Below, piece by piece: positions 47,897 to 57,447 of a stretch of DNA of 64,000 nt (positions are counted from its first letter, which is position 1; each line of letters begins with the position of its first letter). The notes beneath the pieces were generated by a model. That model was given only the letters and a program-made list of their open reading frames with translations. It had not been told where the DNA came from and made no database searches. Origin of the DNA: Candidatus Uhrbacteria bacterium (GTDB lineage: Bacteria > Patescibacteriota > Patescibacteriia > UBA9934 > GWF2-40-263); assembly GCA_013204385.1 (NCBI GenBank), contig JABMNY010000031.1, forward strand, positions 1,168-65,167. The letters run 5' to 3'. The position numbers and the translations under genes are program-made.

Positions 47897-48975
47897 TGGA
47901 GCAAGACCATCTTTTTTGGGTGGCTCTTACCGCCTTTCGCCCTTTTGGACCTGTACGACTTTCACGTCTTGCAAAACGGTTTCCAACAATGGAGCGTGCA
48001 TTCAATGCAAGCGCACTGGAATTGACTGAAGCTGGAATCGAACCACATGTTGCGAGTCGTTTTCTCCAAGAGCGTATCCATATCGACCCAGAAGCACTCA
48101 TGCGAGAATGTTCTGTTCAGGGAGTGCAGGTTGTCACTATCAAAGACGAGATCTATCCGACACTTCTGAAAGAGATTTATGACCCTCCTGCAGTCCTCTT
48201 TATCCGAGGAACCCTTCCAGATCCCAGTCGTAAACATCTGGCCGTTGTAGGAAGTCGCAAGGCCAGCCAATATGGATTGCGGGTGACAGAACGCCTCATC
48301 GAACCTGCAGCGCGAGCAGGTGTGGTCATTGTGAGTGGTCTGGCATACGGAATTGATGCACACGCCCACGATGCTGCGCTACGCGCTCAGGGCTGTACAA
48401 TCGCCGTGCTCGGGTCGGGAGTCGATCAACAAAGTATTTACCCAAGTGCCCATCGCGCCCTCGCCTCGCGCATTTTAGCCGAAGGCGGTGCCCTTATTTC
48501 TGAGTTCCCTCTTGGAACACCTCCTCTCAAACAAAACTTCCCGTTTCGCAATCGCATCATCGCAGGACTGTGCCACGGAACACTGGTCATCGAAGCCACC
48601 GTCAAATCAGGAACACTCATCACTGCACGAAGTGCCACAGACAGTAATCGAGAGGTCTATGCCGTTCCCGGCCCCATTGACTCTCCCCTTTCAGAGGGAC
48701 CAAACGAACTGATCAAAAACGGAGCTACTCCTGTCACAGATGTACGAGATCTTTTCGGAATCGAGTCTGTGCCAGAACCGACTCCAACCTATCAACCAAC
48801 CAATGCGGAAGAGACGCTCATCTATTCCCGTCTCTCACACATCCCCACCCATCTTGATGAACTTGTCCGATCGACCCAGTTGCCGACTCCGGCCGTAATG
48901 AGTACTCTTACCCTCATGGAAATGAAGGGGGCAATCAAAAATGAAGGCGGACAATTTTATACCCGTCACACTTGA
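47893..48975 (+). CDS. dprA: DNA processing protein DprA (Smf)
   Basis: Rossmann-like core VSGLAYGIDAHAHDAAL...GTLVIEA; 4-nt overlap with pth; followed by topA. Confidence 0.85.
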   Translation: MMEQDHLFWVALTAFRPFGPVRLSRLAKRFPTMERAFNASALELTEAGIEPHVASRFLQERIHIDPEALMRECSVQGVQVVTIKDEIYPTLLKEIYDPPAVLFIRGTLPDPSRKHLAVVGSRKASQYGLRVTERLIEPAARAGVVIVSGLAYGIDAHAHDAALRAQGCTIAVLGSGVDQQSIYPSAHRALASRILAEGGALISEFPLGTPPLKQNFPFRNRIIAGLCHGTLVIEATVKSGTLITARSATDSNREVYAVPGPIDSPLSEGPNELIKNGATPVTDVRDLFGIESVPEPTPTYQPTNAEETLIYSRLSHIPTHLDELVRSTQLPTPAVMSTLTLMEMKGAIKNEGGQFYTRHT

Positions 48976-49008
48976 CGAATCAATTCAATTCTTTCGTAAT
49001 ACTCAAAC

Positions 49009-51348
49009 ATGTCTAAACTTCTTATCGTCGAGTCACCGACGAAGGCGAAAACAATTTCAAAATATTTAGGGAAAGACTACATCGTTCTTTCCTCTTTTGG
49101 TCATATTCGAGACTTACCAAAAAGTCAGCTTGGAGTCGATCTCGAACATGATTTTGCGCCGACCTACACCGTTCCCACAAAAAGCAAAAAGGCGGTTGCA
49201 GAACTCAAGCGTGCCGCAAAAATTGCAGACACGATTTACCTGGCGACCGACGAAGATCGTGAAGGAGAAGCCATTGCCTGGCATGTGGCGGAAGCCTTGA
49301 ACCTCGACGCATCAAAACGCAAGCGGATTACCTTTCACGAAATTACAAAAGCCGCGGTCGAAGAAGCCGTAAAGGAACCTCGAGAAATTGATTTGAATCT
49401 TGTGAACGCGCAACAAGCGCGTCGTATTCTTGACCGTCTCGTTGGATACGAACTTTCTCCATTTCTTTGGCAGAAGATTCGCTACGGGCTTTCTGCTGGA
49501 CGTGTCCAGTCTGTCGCGACACGACTCATTGTGGATCGTGAACGTGAACGACGTGCATTTGACGTTGAAGAATTCTGGACCATTGATGCAGAGTTTAAAA
49601 AAGATGAGCTCAACTTTCCTGCAAAACTCACGACAATCCAGGGCAAGAAAGTTGATAAGCTCGACATCAAAACAGAAGAAGACGCACAAAAAATTGTACA
49701 AGATCTTGCGGGAGCAGAGGCTCGTGTTGAAACCGTAGAGAAAAAACTTGTTAAAAAGACCCCTCCTACCCCATACGCCACTTCCACTCTTCAAATTGAT
49801 GCAAATACAAAGCTTGGATTCAGCGCCAAGCAAACGATGCGTCTTGCGCAAGAACTCTATGAGACAGGTCGCATTACCTACATGCGAACAGACTCCATGA
49901 ACATGGCTGAAAAGTTTCTCGATGAAGCTCAAGTGTTTATCAAAGCAACCTACGGAGAACGATACGCAGAAGGGGCAAAGCGTTATAAGACAAAAAAGAA
50001 AGGAGCTCAAGAAGCCCATGAAGCCATTCGTCCAACAGATGCTTCTGTTACCCCAGAGTCGCTCCAAGGAACACTTGAACCTAGAACCGTTAAACTCTAC
50101 AAACTCATTTGGAGTCGCACCATTGCTTCTCAACTTCCTTCTGCGGAACTCAACCGCACAAGCGTCGACATTACCGTTAAGGATTACCGCTTCCGCGCAA
50201 ATGGCTCTTCTGTTGCATTTGATGGATTCATGAAGGTCTATCAATCTGCAAAAGAAAAACTTCTTCCTGATCTCACAGAGGGAACCATCCTTGAGACAAC
50301 ATCCATTCTTCCCACACAACACTTCACAGAACCTCCTGCGCGTTTTTCAGACGCAAGCCTTGTGAAGGTACTTGAAGAGCACGGGATTGGTCGTCCGTCT
50401 ACCTATGCACCTACCATCAGCACCATTATTGATCGAGGCTACGTAGAACGGGATGATCACAAAAAACTTGCACCAACAGACATTGCTCTGATTGTCAGCG
50501 ATATGCTCGTAGAGCATTTTCCCCAGATCGTTGATTACGAGTTTACTGCCACAATGGAAAATACACTCGACGAAGTGGCCGAAGGAAAGGTTGAATGGGT
50601 CCCGATGATGGAGGCGTTCTATGGTCCATTCCATCAAAACCTCATGGCAAAAACGAAGGAACTTGTTCGAGAAGACATCATGCCTGATCGCCTATTAGGC
50701 AACGATCCAGAATCGGGTCTGCCTGTGATTGTGAAGACAGGACGCTTCGGCGGTTTTGTCCAGGTTGGAGAATATACCAAAGAAGACAAAGAAGAAGGAA
50801 AACCAAAACCAAAAAGTGCATCTCTCTTGAAAGGGATGTACATGGAGTCTGTAACGCTTGAACAAGCGCTCGACTGTCTATCTCTTCCACGTGAAGTTGG
50901 GAAAACAGAGGAAGGAGACGTCATCATGGCAGCTGTTGGACGCTTTGGACCGTATCTCAAAGCTGGAGAGGTTACATCAAGCCTGAAAGAGCCACATGAA
51001 CCACTCACGATTGATGAGGCAACTGCACGGATCATCTTAAAAGAATCAGCGGAGCTGAAAAAGAAGATGGCTACACCGATTGCTGAGTACGGAGAAGATC
51101 CAACAACGAAAGGTCAAATCCTTTTGAAGCATGGGCGATTCGGACCGTATCTCACAGACGGAGAGACAAATGCTTCACTTGGAAAAACACGAGACCCCGC
51201 AGACATCACGCGCGAAATTGCCATTGAGATTTTGGTGAAGAAACGTGCCCAAGGCCCAAGCAGGTTTGGAAAAGGAAAAACAGCAACGAAGAAACCTCCT
51301 GCAAAAAAGAAACCAAAACCAAAGACAAAGAAACCAAAGGAATCATAA
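49009..51348 (+). CDS. topA: DNA topoisomerase I with a Lys-rich C-terminal tail
   Basis: Toprim (LIVESPTKAKTI; LATDEDREGEAIAWH), catalytic Tyr region (GRITYMRTDS), C-terminal basic repeats. Confidence 0.95.
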   Translation: MSKLLIVESPTKAKTISKYLGKDYIVLSSFGHIRDLPKSQLGVDLEHDFAPTYTVPTKSKKAVAELKRAAKIADTIYLATDEDREGEAIAWHVAEALNLDASKRKRITFHEITKAAVEEAVKEPREIDLNLVNAQQARRILDRLVGYELSPFLWQKIRYGLSAGRVQSVATRLIVDRERERRAFDVEEFWTIDAEFKKDELNFPAKLTTIQGKKVDKLDIKTEEDAQKIVQDLAGAEARVETVEKKLVKKTPPTPYATSTLQIDANTKLGFSAKQTMRLAQELYETGRITYMRTDSMNMAEKFLDEAQVFIKATYGERYAEGAKRYKTKKKGAQEAHEAIRPTDASVTPESLQGTLEPRTVKLYKLIWSRTIASQLPSAELNRTSVDITVKDYRFRANGSSVAFDGFMKVYQSAKEKLLPDLTEGTILETTSILPTQHFTEPPARFSDASLVKVLEEHGIGRPSTYAPTISTIIDRGYVERDDHKKLAPTDIALIVSDMLVEHFPQIVDYEFTATMENTLDEVAEGKVEWVPMMEAFYGPFHQNLMAKTKELVREDIMPDRLLGNDPESGLPVIVKTGRFGGFVQVGEYTKEDKEEGKPKPKSASLLKGMYMESVTLEQALDCLSLPREVGKTEEGDVIMAAVGRFGPYLKAGEVTSSLKEPHEPLTIDEATARIILKESAELKKKMATPIAEYGEDPTTKGQILLKHGRFGPYLTDGETNASLGKTRDPADITREIAIEILVKKRAQGPSRFGKGKTATKKPPAKKKPKPKTKKPKES

Positions 51349-51370
51349 AACGGGCATCTGCCCGTTTTAT
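51345..51370. terminator. bidirectional terminator (aaaacgggc-atct-gcccgtttt)
   Basis: Read directly; lies between convergent topA and the 51382 gene. Confidence 0.6.
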
Positions 51371-51381
51371 CATTATCTTTT

Positions 51382-52188
51382 TTATGCAGCCGCAGCCGTA
51401 GGTTCTGCAGGTGCAGCAGGTTCATCCTTCTTTGCCGCATCATCAAGCTCTTCTCCAAGGAGCTTTGCGACATCATCTCCAAACTTTTCTTTAAGCACGG
51501 TTTGACGCTTTGTTTTCTTCGCAGCCGCATCAAGGCCCTTATAATACTTTTTCTCATTCGCTAAAAATTCTTTGTGCAATTTATCGACTAATTTTTTCCG
51601 CGCTTCCTTATTTGCTTTGATGTATTGATACAGAGACTTATCAAGCCCTAGAAATTTCGCAGATGAATCTAAGAGCGATACAAGTGGATTCAGGACATAT
51701 TTGAGGAGAGGAATGTTTTTATCAATCAATTTATTCCCAATCTTATCTAATCCTCGACCAAGCCAATCCATTCCGTACAAGATGCTTCTTACTCCAAATC
51801 CAACTGTCTTTGCTCCCACGTACGTAAGCGCCGCCGCTGATCCAACTGCGACACTCACACCAGTCTTTCCTTTTTCCGCTGAATAAGAACCAGCTCTTTT
51901 TGCGTAGTCCTTCAAAAAGATAAGCTTCCCTTCTGGAGCATCAGCCAGATCGACTATTGAAATCTCCGTAAGTTCTCCGGATTCTGTGCCAGAAGCTTCT
52001 GCACTCATACGTGCCTGTTCTCGCGCCGCAGCAATTGCCGCGGCATCCATAGCCGTATCTGGTGTACGCGTGGGACGGACAACATCTGGAATCTTTGGAC
52101 CTGTGTCTCTTGTTCTCGAGCCTGGTGCAGAACCTTCACGCGAAGTATCAGGTTGACGTCTTAAAGACTCACGACGGTTTGTTGCCAT
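51382..52188 (-). CDS. hypothetical protein, Lys/Ala-rich
   Basis: Start set at MATNRRESL (ATG 52188). The track's 52293 start would overlap the divergent relA start. No recognisable domain. Confidence 0.4.
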   Translation of the reverse strand: MATNRRESLRRQPDTSREGSAPGSRTRDTGPKIPDVVRPTRTPDTAMDAAAIAAAREQARMSAEASGTESGELTEISIVDLADAPEGKLIFLKDYAKRAGSYSAEKGKTGVSVAVGSAAALTYVGAKTVGFGVRSILYGMDWLGRGLDKIGNKLIDKNIPLLKYVLNPLVSLLDSSAKFLGLDKSLYQYIKANKEARKKLVDKLHKEFLANEKKYYKGLDAAAKKTKRQTVLKEKFGDDVAKLLGEELDDAAKKDEPAAPAEPTAAAA

Positions 52189-52287
52189 AGGTTGATATTT
52201 AATTGTCCTTAATATAGCACAAAAACGCAGTTTTGTCAACGGAACTCTGTCTTTACGGAAGCTTCTGCTCCATGTATCGTACAAGGT

Positions 52288-53787
52288 ATGCATGAGACGA
52301 TTCGCATCTATGACGACCTGGAACGGCTCGTCAAAAAAACATACGCAGCACCGGACTTAGAAACACTCCGGCGCGCTTTTGCGCTCGCAGATTCTGCCCA
52401 CGCGGGAGAAGTACGTCTCACAGGACATCCTGTCATCTCGCATCCCATCGCTGTTGCCTATCGTTTGGCCGAAATGGGGCTTCATCTTAATGTGATTGTT
52501 GCAGGACTTCTTCACGATGTTGTTGAGGATTCAGATGTAACTATCGAAGACTTAAAAACGCAGTTTGGGGACGATGTCGCATCTTTGGTGGAAAGCGTCA
52601 CAAAACTCAAGCACGGCATTAAATACCGAGGAACAGAACGTTACGCTGAAAACATGCGTAAGATGTTTCTTGCGATGGCAAGTGATGTCCGCGTCGTCTT
52701 CATGAAATTTGCCGACCGTCTTCATAATCTTGAGACGCTTTACGGTCAACCAAAAAACAAACAAGAACGCATTGCACGTGAGTCTCTTGAGATCTATGCA
52801 CCAATCGCGGGACGACTCGGGATGAGTGAGTTTAAGGGAGAACTTGAAGACGGATCGTTTGCCTACCTCCAACCAAAGGAATACGAGCGGATGAAAAATA
52901 TCATGGACATTAAGGTTCGTGAGAAAGGAGCGTACGTGAGTCGTATTATCGATCAAGTAGAAAAACTTCTTGGCTCTACAAGCGTCACAGATTTTCAAGT
53001 TCATGGACGCATCAAGCGTCTCTTTAGCCTCTCTAAGAAGTTAAAGAAGTACCAGGGAGATTTAAGTAAGATTTATGACCTTATCGCTATTCGGATTATT
53101 GTGAGTGATGTCGAAGAGTGCTACATGGCGCTGGGACTCCTCCATCAAAAGTGGCGACCGGTACCGGGACGCATTAAGGACTACATTGCCCAACCAAAGC
53201 CAAATGGCTATCAATCCCTTCACACAACCGTTTTTACAGAAAATGGAGAGATCATCGAGTTTCAAATTCGAACCCTCGAGATGCATGAACTTGCTGAATA
53301 CGGAGTCGCCGCTCACTGGCGCTATAAAGAGGGTTCACGCAAGGCAGTAAAGAATACCCGCTGGATGGAAGAGCTTGCGCAAATTCAGAAAGAACTCCAA
53401 ACAAAAAAAGACTTCATGGAGCAGTTAGAAGTCATGAAGATCGATGTTTTTCGAGATCGTATATTCGTCTTTACTCCTCAAGGAGACGTGATAGATCTTC
53501 CAGAAGGCGCCACTCCGATTGATTTTGCCTACGCCATCCACACAGAAGTAGGAAACAAGTGTACGGCGTCGCGCATTAATGAAGTCATGCGAAACCTTGA
53601 TACCCCTCTAAAGTCAGGAGACATTGTGGAAGTCATTACAGACAAGAACCGTCGTGGTCCAAATCCAGACTGGCTCAAATTCGCTAAAACGCGCCACGCC
53701 CGAACAAAAATTAAAGACTCAACAAAAAGCACGGTCAAAGGCTGGTTCGCAGAAGTACTCAAAGGACGCGAGCGAGCAAAGAAATAG
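52288..53787 (+). CDS. short bifunctional (p)ppGpp synthetase/hydrolase (RelA/SpoT homolog; HD + synthetase + TGS, no ACT/RRM region)
   Basis: HD motif (HPIAVA...LLHDVVED), synthetase motif (DLIAIRIIV...YQSLHTTV), TGS (VFTPQGDVIDLPEGATPIDFAYAIHTEVG); ends about 230 aa earlier than long Rel proteins. Confidence 0.85.
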   Translation: MHETIRIYDDLERLVKKTYAAPDLETLRRAFALADSAHAGEVRLTGHPVISHPIAVAYRLAEMGLHLNVIVAGLLHDVVEDSDVTIEDLKTQFGDDVASLVESVTKLKHGIKYRGTERYAENMRKMFLAMASDVRVVFMKFADRLHNLETLYGQPKNKQERIARESLEIYAPIAGRLGMSEFKGELEDGSFAYLQPKEYERMKNIMDIKVREKGAYVSRIIDQVEKLLGSTSVTDFQVHGRIKRLFSLSKKLKKYQGDLSKIYDLIAIRIIVSDVEECYMALGLLHQKWRPVPGRIKDYIAQPKPNGYQSLHTTVFTENGEIIEFQIRTLEMHELAEYGVAAHWRYKEGSRKAVKNTRWMEELAQIQKELQTKKDFMEQLEVMKIDVFRDRIFVFTPQGDVIDLPEGATPIDFAYAIHTEVGNKCTASRINEVMRNLDTPLKSGDIVEVITDKNRRGPNPDWLKFAKTRHARTKIKDSTKSTVKGWFAEVLKGRERAKK

Positions 53788-53852
53788 TGTATATTTGTCT
53801 ACACCCCCGAAAAAAGATATATTATATTTGTTATTACTAAGTATTACTCATT

Positions 53853-54089
53853 ATGGCGAGACAAACAAAAATACTTTCTATTTCTCTTCCTGTTGGACTC
53901 ACAAAAGCCATGGATATTCTTTCAAAACAGACCGAGCAAACACGGAGTGAACTCGTTCGAAGCGCATTGCACGAATACATCATGGATACAGCAGAGGATC
54001 GGGAAAGATTTTTAGAAGCGTACAAAACCACTCGAGAAGAAAAGACTATCTCTATGGAAGCATTAAGAAAGAAATACGATCTTGTTTAA
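53853..54089 (+). CDS. ribbon-helix-helix antitoxin (type II TA)
   Basis: 78 aa; the N-terminal beta-strand then two helices is RHH-like; 8-nt overlap with the downstream toxin; direct repeat tattact-N4-attact just upstream (53832-53849). Confidence 0.6.
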   Translation: MARQTKILSISLPVGLTKAMDILSKQTEQTRSELVRSALHEYIMDTAEDRERFLEAYKTTREEKTISMEALRKKYDLV

Positions 54090-54363
54090 TATGTACAAGA
54101 TCGTTTTTACTTCTCGCTTTGAACGAACGTTTAAAAAGCTCGACAAAAAAACACAACGCCTACTTCTTGAGGCAATTGAACAGCTCGCTCAAGATCCTTT
54201 TAACCAGCCTCATATCAGAAAAATCATTGGAATTAAACAAAACGGTTTCCGTTTACGAGTTGGACGTTGGAGAATTCTGTATATTCTCTTGACCAAAGAG
54301 GAGGTCTTAGAGGTTATCGATTTATTCATGCGAAAAGAACAAGGAGATTATCGACGAATGTAG
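54082..54363 (+). CDS. RelE/ParE-family toxin (type II TA)
   Basis: 93 aa; KIVFTSRFERTFKKLDKKTQRLL...GFRLRVGRWRILYIL..EVLEVIDLFMRKE matches the RelE/ParE fold pattern. Confidence 0.7.
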   Translation: MFNMYKIVFTSRFERTFKKLDKKTQRLLLEAIEQLAQDPFNQPHIRKIIGIKQNGFRLRVGRWRILYILLTKEEVLEVIDLFMRKEQGDYRRM

Positions 54364-54409
54364 AATTTTGTGAAAGTTTGAGTTTAGGCGAAGTGGACGA
54401 TTCATTTTT

Positions 54410-54462
54410 AAAAAAACACCCCACCGACAGCAAGCCACCGGAAGGGTGAATCTTGCTGAGGG
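54410..54462 (-). terminator. compound hairpin terminator of the high-GC cassette (T-run on the minus strand)
   Basis: cagcaag...cttgctg with inner cacc/ggtg; A7 on the plus strand immediately 5'. Confidence 0.45.
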
Positions 54463-54467
54463 CGGGG

Positions 54468-54704
54468 TCAGTTACGTCTCGTGTCTTCGTATTCGAGAGT
54501 GATGAAGGCCTTGTAGAGCATCAGACCGAAGGGAACTACGATGCTAATCATGCTCAACAGGCCAATGAACCAGTCGGGCGAACCCTTCTCGTACCAGTCA
54601 AGGCCGAAGATCAGCAGACCCAGGACGCCCATCGACCAGATGACGAGACATGCAAGTGCGTCCCCTTGACCGAATACGTGTGGTTCTGGTAGTTGGAGTT
54701 TCAT
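54468..54704 (-). CDS. small two-TM membrane protein (high-GC cassette, gene 3)
   Basis: 78 aa; ATGA overlap with the upstream gene. Confidence 0.5.
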   Translation of the reverse strand: MKLQLPEPHVFGQGDALACLVIWSMGVLGLLIFGLDWYEKGSPDWFIGLLSMISIVVPFGLMLYKAFITLEYEDTRRN

Positions 54705-55030
54705 GGAGTGCTCCTATCAGTTGGGAAAGGTGTAGGTTTCGATCGCATCTTCCTGCCCAGCCAGCTACCGACCATACTGGCGCTCACTATGATCGTTCCT
54801 GGAATGGCGAGGAATAGAGCGAACATCTGTGGCATGGTGTGAACCTCCAGCTTCATCATCAAAAGGCAGGTGCCTCCACCAAGACTGCACACCGAGATAA
54901 TGCTGATGATGTTCATCATCCCTCGCTGTAGGGCAGTAGTGTCAGACCAGCGATTGCCGTAAAGCCAGCAACAATACACCAGGAGCAGTAGGGTACCCAC
55001 AGTTAAGAGGAGAGCGATGTAAAGAGTCAT
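54701..55030 (-). CDS. three-TM membrane protein (high-GC cassette, gene 2)
   Basis: 109 aa, hydrophobic. Confidence 0.5.
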   Translation of the reverse strand: MTLYIALLLTVGTLLLLVYCCWLYGNRWSDTTALQRGMMNIISIISVCSLGGGTCLLMMKLEVHTMPQMFALFLAIPGTIIVSASMVGSWLGRKMRSKPTPFPTDRSTP

Positions 55031-55041
55031 GGTTTTCTCCG

Positions 55042-55647
55042 TTAAACGAAGCGGTCAGTGGGGGGGTTGGTGGGTAGAGTGGTCGAAGATACATCGTCGA
55101 TGGTCTGTGGTGTTTCCTTTTTGAAGGTCTTTGAGGCACTTAAGACCTCGAGGACCACATGGACACCAGTCACTCCGGGGAGGCCCTTCTTGGCCAGCGA
55201 AGCTCCGAGAGCCTCAAGGTAGCGCTGGTAGGCGTAGACCTGCTGACGTCGAAGATTGCGCGTCCCGGGGTAGATCGAGAACCAATAGCGTGGTGCGCTG
55301 TTGGGCATCCCGTTCTGTGGGATCGGATCGCCGTGGATGTAGAAGATGCTGTCCGCGTTGGCATCCGGGTGCAGGTGGTCATCGACCCAGGGTTGCTGTG
55401 CATCGACCTCGAGGATTGCTACCCGAAGGAAGTCGATGTCCTCGATGCCGTATGCGTGGAAGACGACTTGACCACGAATGGTGTAGGGACGATCCTTCGA
55501 CCATTGAAGCATCGACAGGAGCGCCTCGCCCCATCTTTCTATGAGGGTACTCATCGAGATACCTCTTTCTTTGAAGCTTCGCCAACGGGGCGATGACCGG
55601 TCACATACCTTTGCAGTAACGGGAAAGAGTACCTTTTTTTCAATCAT
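55042..55647 (-). CDS. hypothetical soluble protein (high-GC cassette, gene 1)
   Basis: 201 aa with no recognised motif; strong SD (ggaggagg) before the ATG at 55647; an alternative start is the ATG at 55554. Confidence 0.5.
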   Translation of the reverse strand: MIEKKVLFPVTAKVCDRSSPRWRSFKERGISMSTLIERWGEALLSMLQWSKDRPYTIRGQVVFHAYGIEDIDFLRVAILEVDAQQPWVDDHLHPDANADSIFYIHGDPIPQNGMPNSAPRYWFSIYPGTRNLRRQQVYAYQRYLEALGASLAKKGLPGVTGVHVVLEVLSASKTFKKETPQTIDDVSSTTLPTNPPTDRFV

Positions 55648-55687
55648 TTGTCAATCGTTCCTCCTCCAAAATTAAACACACACAATC

Positions 55688-55718
55688 AAAAACACTCCTG
55701 TTTTGCGGGGGTGTTTTG
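55688..55718 (-). terminator. parB terminator
   Basis: Hairpin acactcc...ggggtgt then a T-run on the minus strand. Confidence 0.4.
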
Positions 55719-55728
55719 TATGACTGTT

Positions 55729-56592
55729 TTAAAATCCTGAGAGTCGGTCGAGTAAATCTATAAGTTCTTCTCGGGAGTAAAAGGCGATGGAGATGGCTCC
55801 CTTTCCTGCAGACTCCTTGATATCTACTTTCGTTCCGAGAATCTCTCGAAGACGTTTTTCATGCGCGAGCAGGTTTGGATCTTTGCGCGACGTTCCTTTT
55901 GAGGATGTGCTCCGTGACGTTCCACCCACACGAGCTTCTGCTTCACGGACACTCACTCCCCCACCTAACATCGCTTCAAAAAGGTCTGTACGCTTCACTG
56001 CGTCGGGTTCCGCAAGAAGGGTGCGCGCGTGCGACTTTGAGATCTTTCCTTCGCGTAGAGCCATGAGCATCGCCTCGGGAAGCTCAAGAAGTCTGAGTGT
56101 GTTTGCGACGTTCGAACGACTCTTTCCAACACGTTTTCCAACTTCTTCTTGTGTGAGATTAAACTCATCCACAAGTGCCTTGTACGCAATTGCTTCTTCA
56201 AACGCATTCAAATCCTGACGTTGAATATTTTCAATAAGCGCCAGTTCAAGTTTCAATTGTTCAGATGCTTCGCGCACAATCACAGGAACGGTCTTCAGTC
56301 CCAGTGCCCTGGACGCACGCAAACGTCGCTCTCCTGCGATCAACTCATACCCCTTCTGGGCGCGAGTAGCGACAAGAGGCTGGAGAATGCCGTGTTCTTT
56401 AATGGACGCAATAAGGTCTTCAAGGTCTGAGGGGGAAAAATGATGACGAGGTTGGTGTGGATTCTCGACAATCTCATCAACCGAAACTTCCAAGACAATT
56501 GTTTTTGCCTCTGGGAGAATCTGTTCTGTGATCGTTTGTTTTTGAGGAATCAAGGAACCAAGTCCTCTTCCTAATGCAGATTTTGTACTCAT
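55729..56592 (-). CDS. parB: chromosome partitioning protein ParB
   Basis: LGRGLGSLIP N-terminus, ParB box, HTH. Confidence 0.9.
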   Translation of the reverse strand: MSTKSALGRGLGSLIPQKQTITEQILPEAKTIVLEVSVDEIVENPHQPRHHFSPSDLEDLIASIKEHGILQPLVATRAQKGYELIAGERRLRASRALGLKTVPVIVREASEQLKLELALIENIQRQDLNAFEEAIAYKALVDEFNLTQEEVGKRVGKSRSNVANTLRLLELPEAMLMALREGKISKSHARTLLAEPDAVKRTDLFEAMLGGGVSVREAEARVGGTSRSTSSKGTSRKDPNLLAHEKRLREILGTKVDIKESAGKGAISIAFYSREELIDLLDRLSGF

Positions 56593-56595
56593 AGG

Positions 56596-57369
56596 CTAAA
56601 GTCGACCTTCTTCACGTAACATAAATTCTCGAGCAAGACGTTCGTAGGCTTTCGCTGCTTTTGACGTAGGATCATACCCGAGAATCGTCTTCCCAAATGA
56701 CGGAGCCTCAGCGAGGCGAATCGAACGAGGAATGACACTGCGAAAAATCTTATCTGGAAAATAACGATACAACTCTTCTAATACCTCTTTTGAGAGTCGT
56801 GTACGACCGTCGTACATCGTAATGACAGCCCCCATGACATCAAGGCTGGGCTTAATGTTCTCTCGCACAAGATTTACGGTATTCAGAAGCTGTGTAAGCC
56901 CTTCAAGCGCGTAATACTCTGCTTGCACGGGGATAAGAACGGAATCTGCTGCCACAAGCCCATTGAGCGTCAGCATTCCGAGTGAAGGAGGATTGTCGAT
57001 GAAAATATAGTCGTAATCATTTCGAACTTCTAAAAGTGCCTTACGCAGAAAGTGCTCGCGCTCGTCCGCATTCACAAGTTCTACACTCGCTCCTGCCAAT
57101 GCTTGCGTTGCAGGGAGAATACTGAGCCCTTGATGCGCTGTCGCGTGAATGAGATTGCGCACAGAATGCGATCCGATAAGGCCTTCATACACACCTGCTG
57201 GGAGATTTTTATGATCTATCCCTACTCCTGAGGTGGCATTCGCCTGAGGATCTAAATCAACTAAAAGCACGAACTTTCCTGCATCAGCCAAATACGCAGC
57301 CAAATTTAACGTGGTGGTTGTCTTCCCCACCCCTCCCTTTTGATTCACGACCGAAATTATATGTGCCAT
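56596..57369 (-). CDS. parA: chromosome partitioning ATPase ParA (Soj)
   Basis: MAHIISVVNQKGGVGKTTTT deviant Walker A; the track ORF is over-extended to 57597, and the ATG at 57369 gives a 258-aa ParA. Confidence 0.9.
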   Translation of the reverse strand: MAHIISVVNQKGGVGKTTTTLNLAAYLADAGKFVLLVDLDPQANATSGVGIDHKNLPAGVYEGLIGSHSVRNLIHATAHQGLSILPATQALAGASVELVNADEREHFLRKALLEVRNDYDYIFIDNPPSLGMLTLNGLVAADSVLIPVQAEYYALEGLTQLLNTVNLVRENIKPSLDVMGAVITMYDGRTRLSKEVLEELYRYFPDKIFRSVIPRSIRLAEAPSFGKTILGYDPTSKAAKAYERLAREFMLREEGRL

Positions 57370-57447
57370 AACAGTAGCGCAATTATACCTAAATTTGGGT
57401 TCAAGCGAAAGTTGACGTATGATGAATCTATAAACGTAAACAATCAT

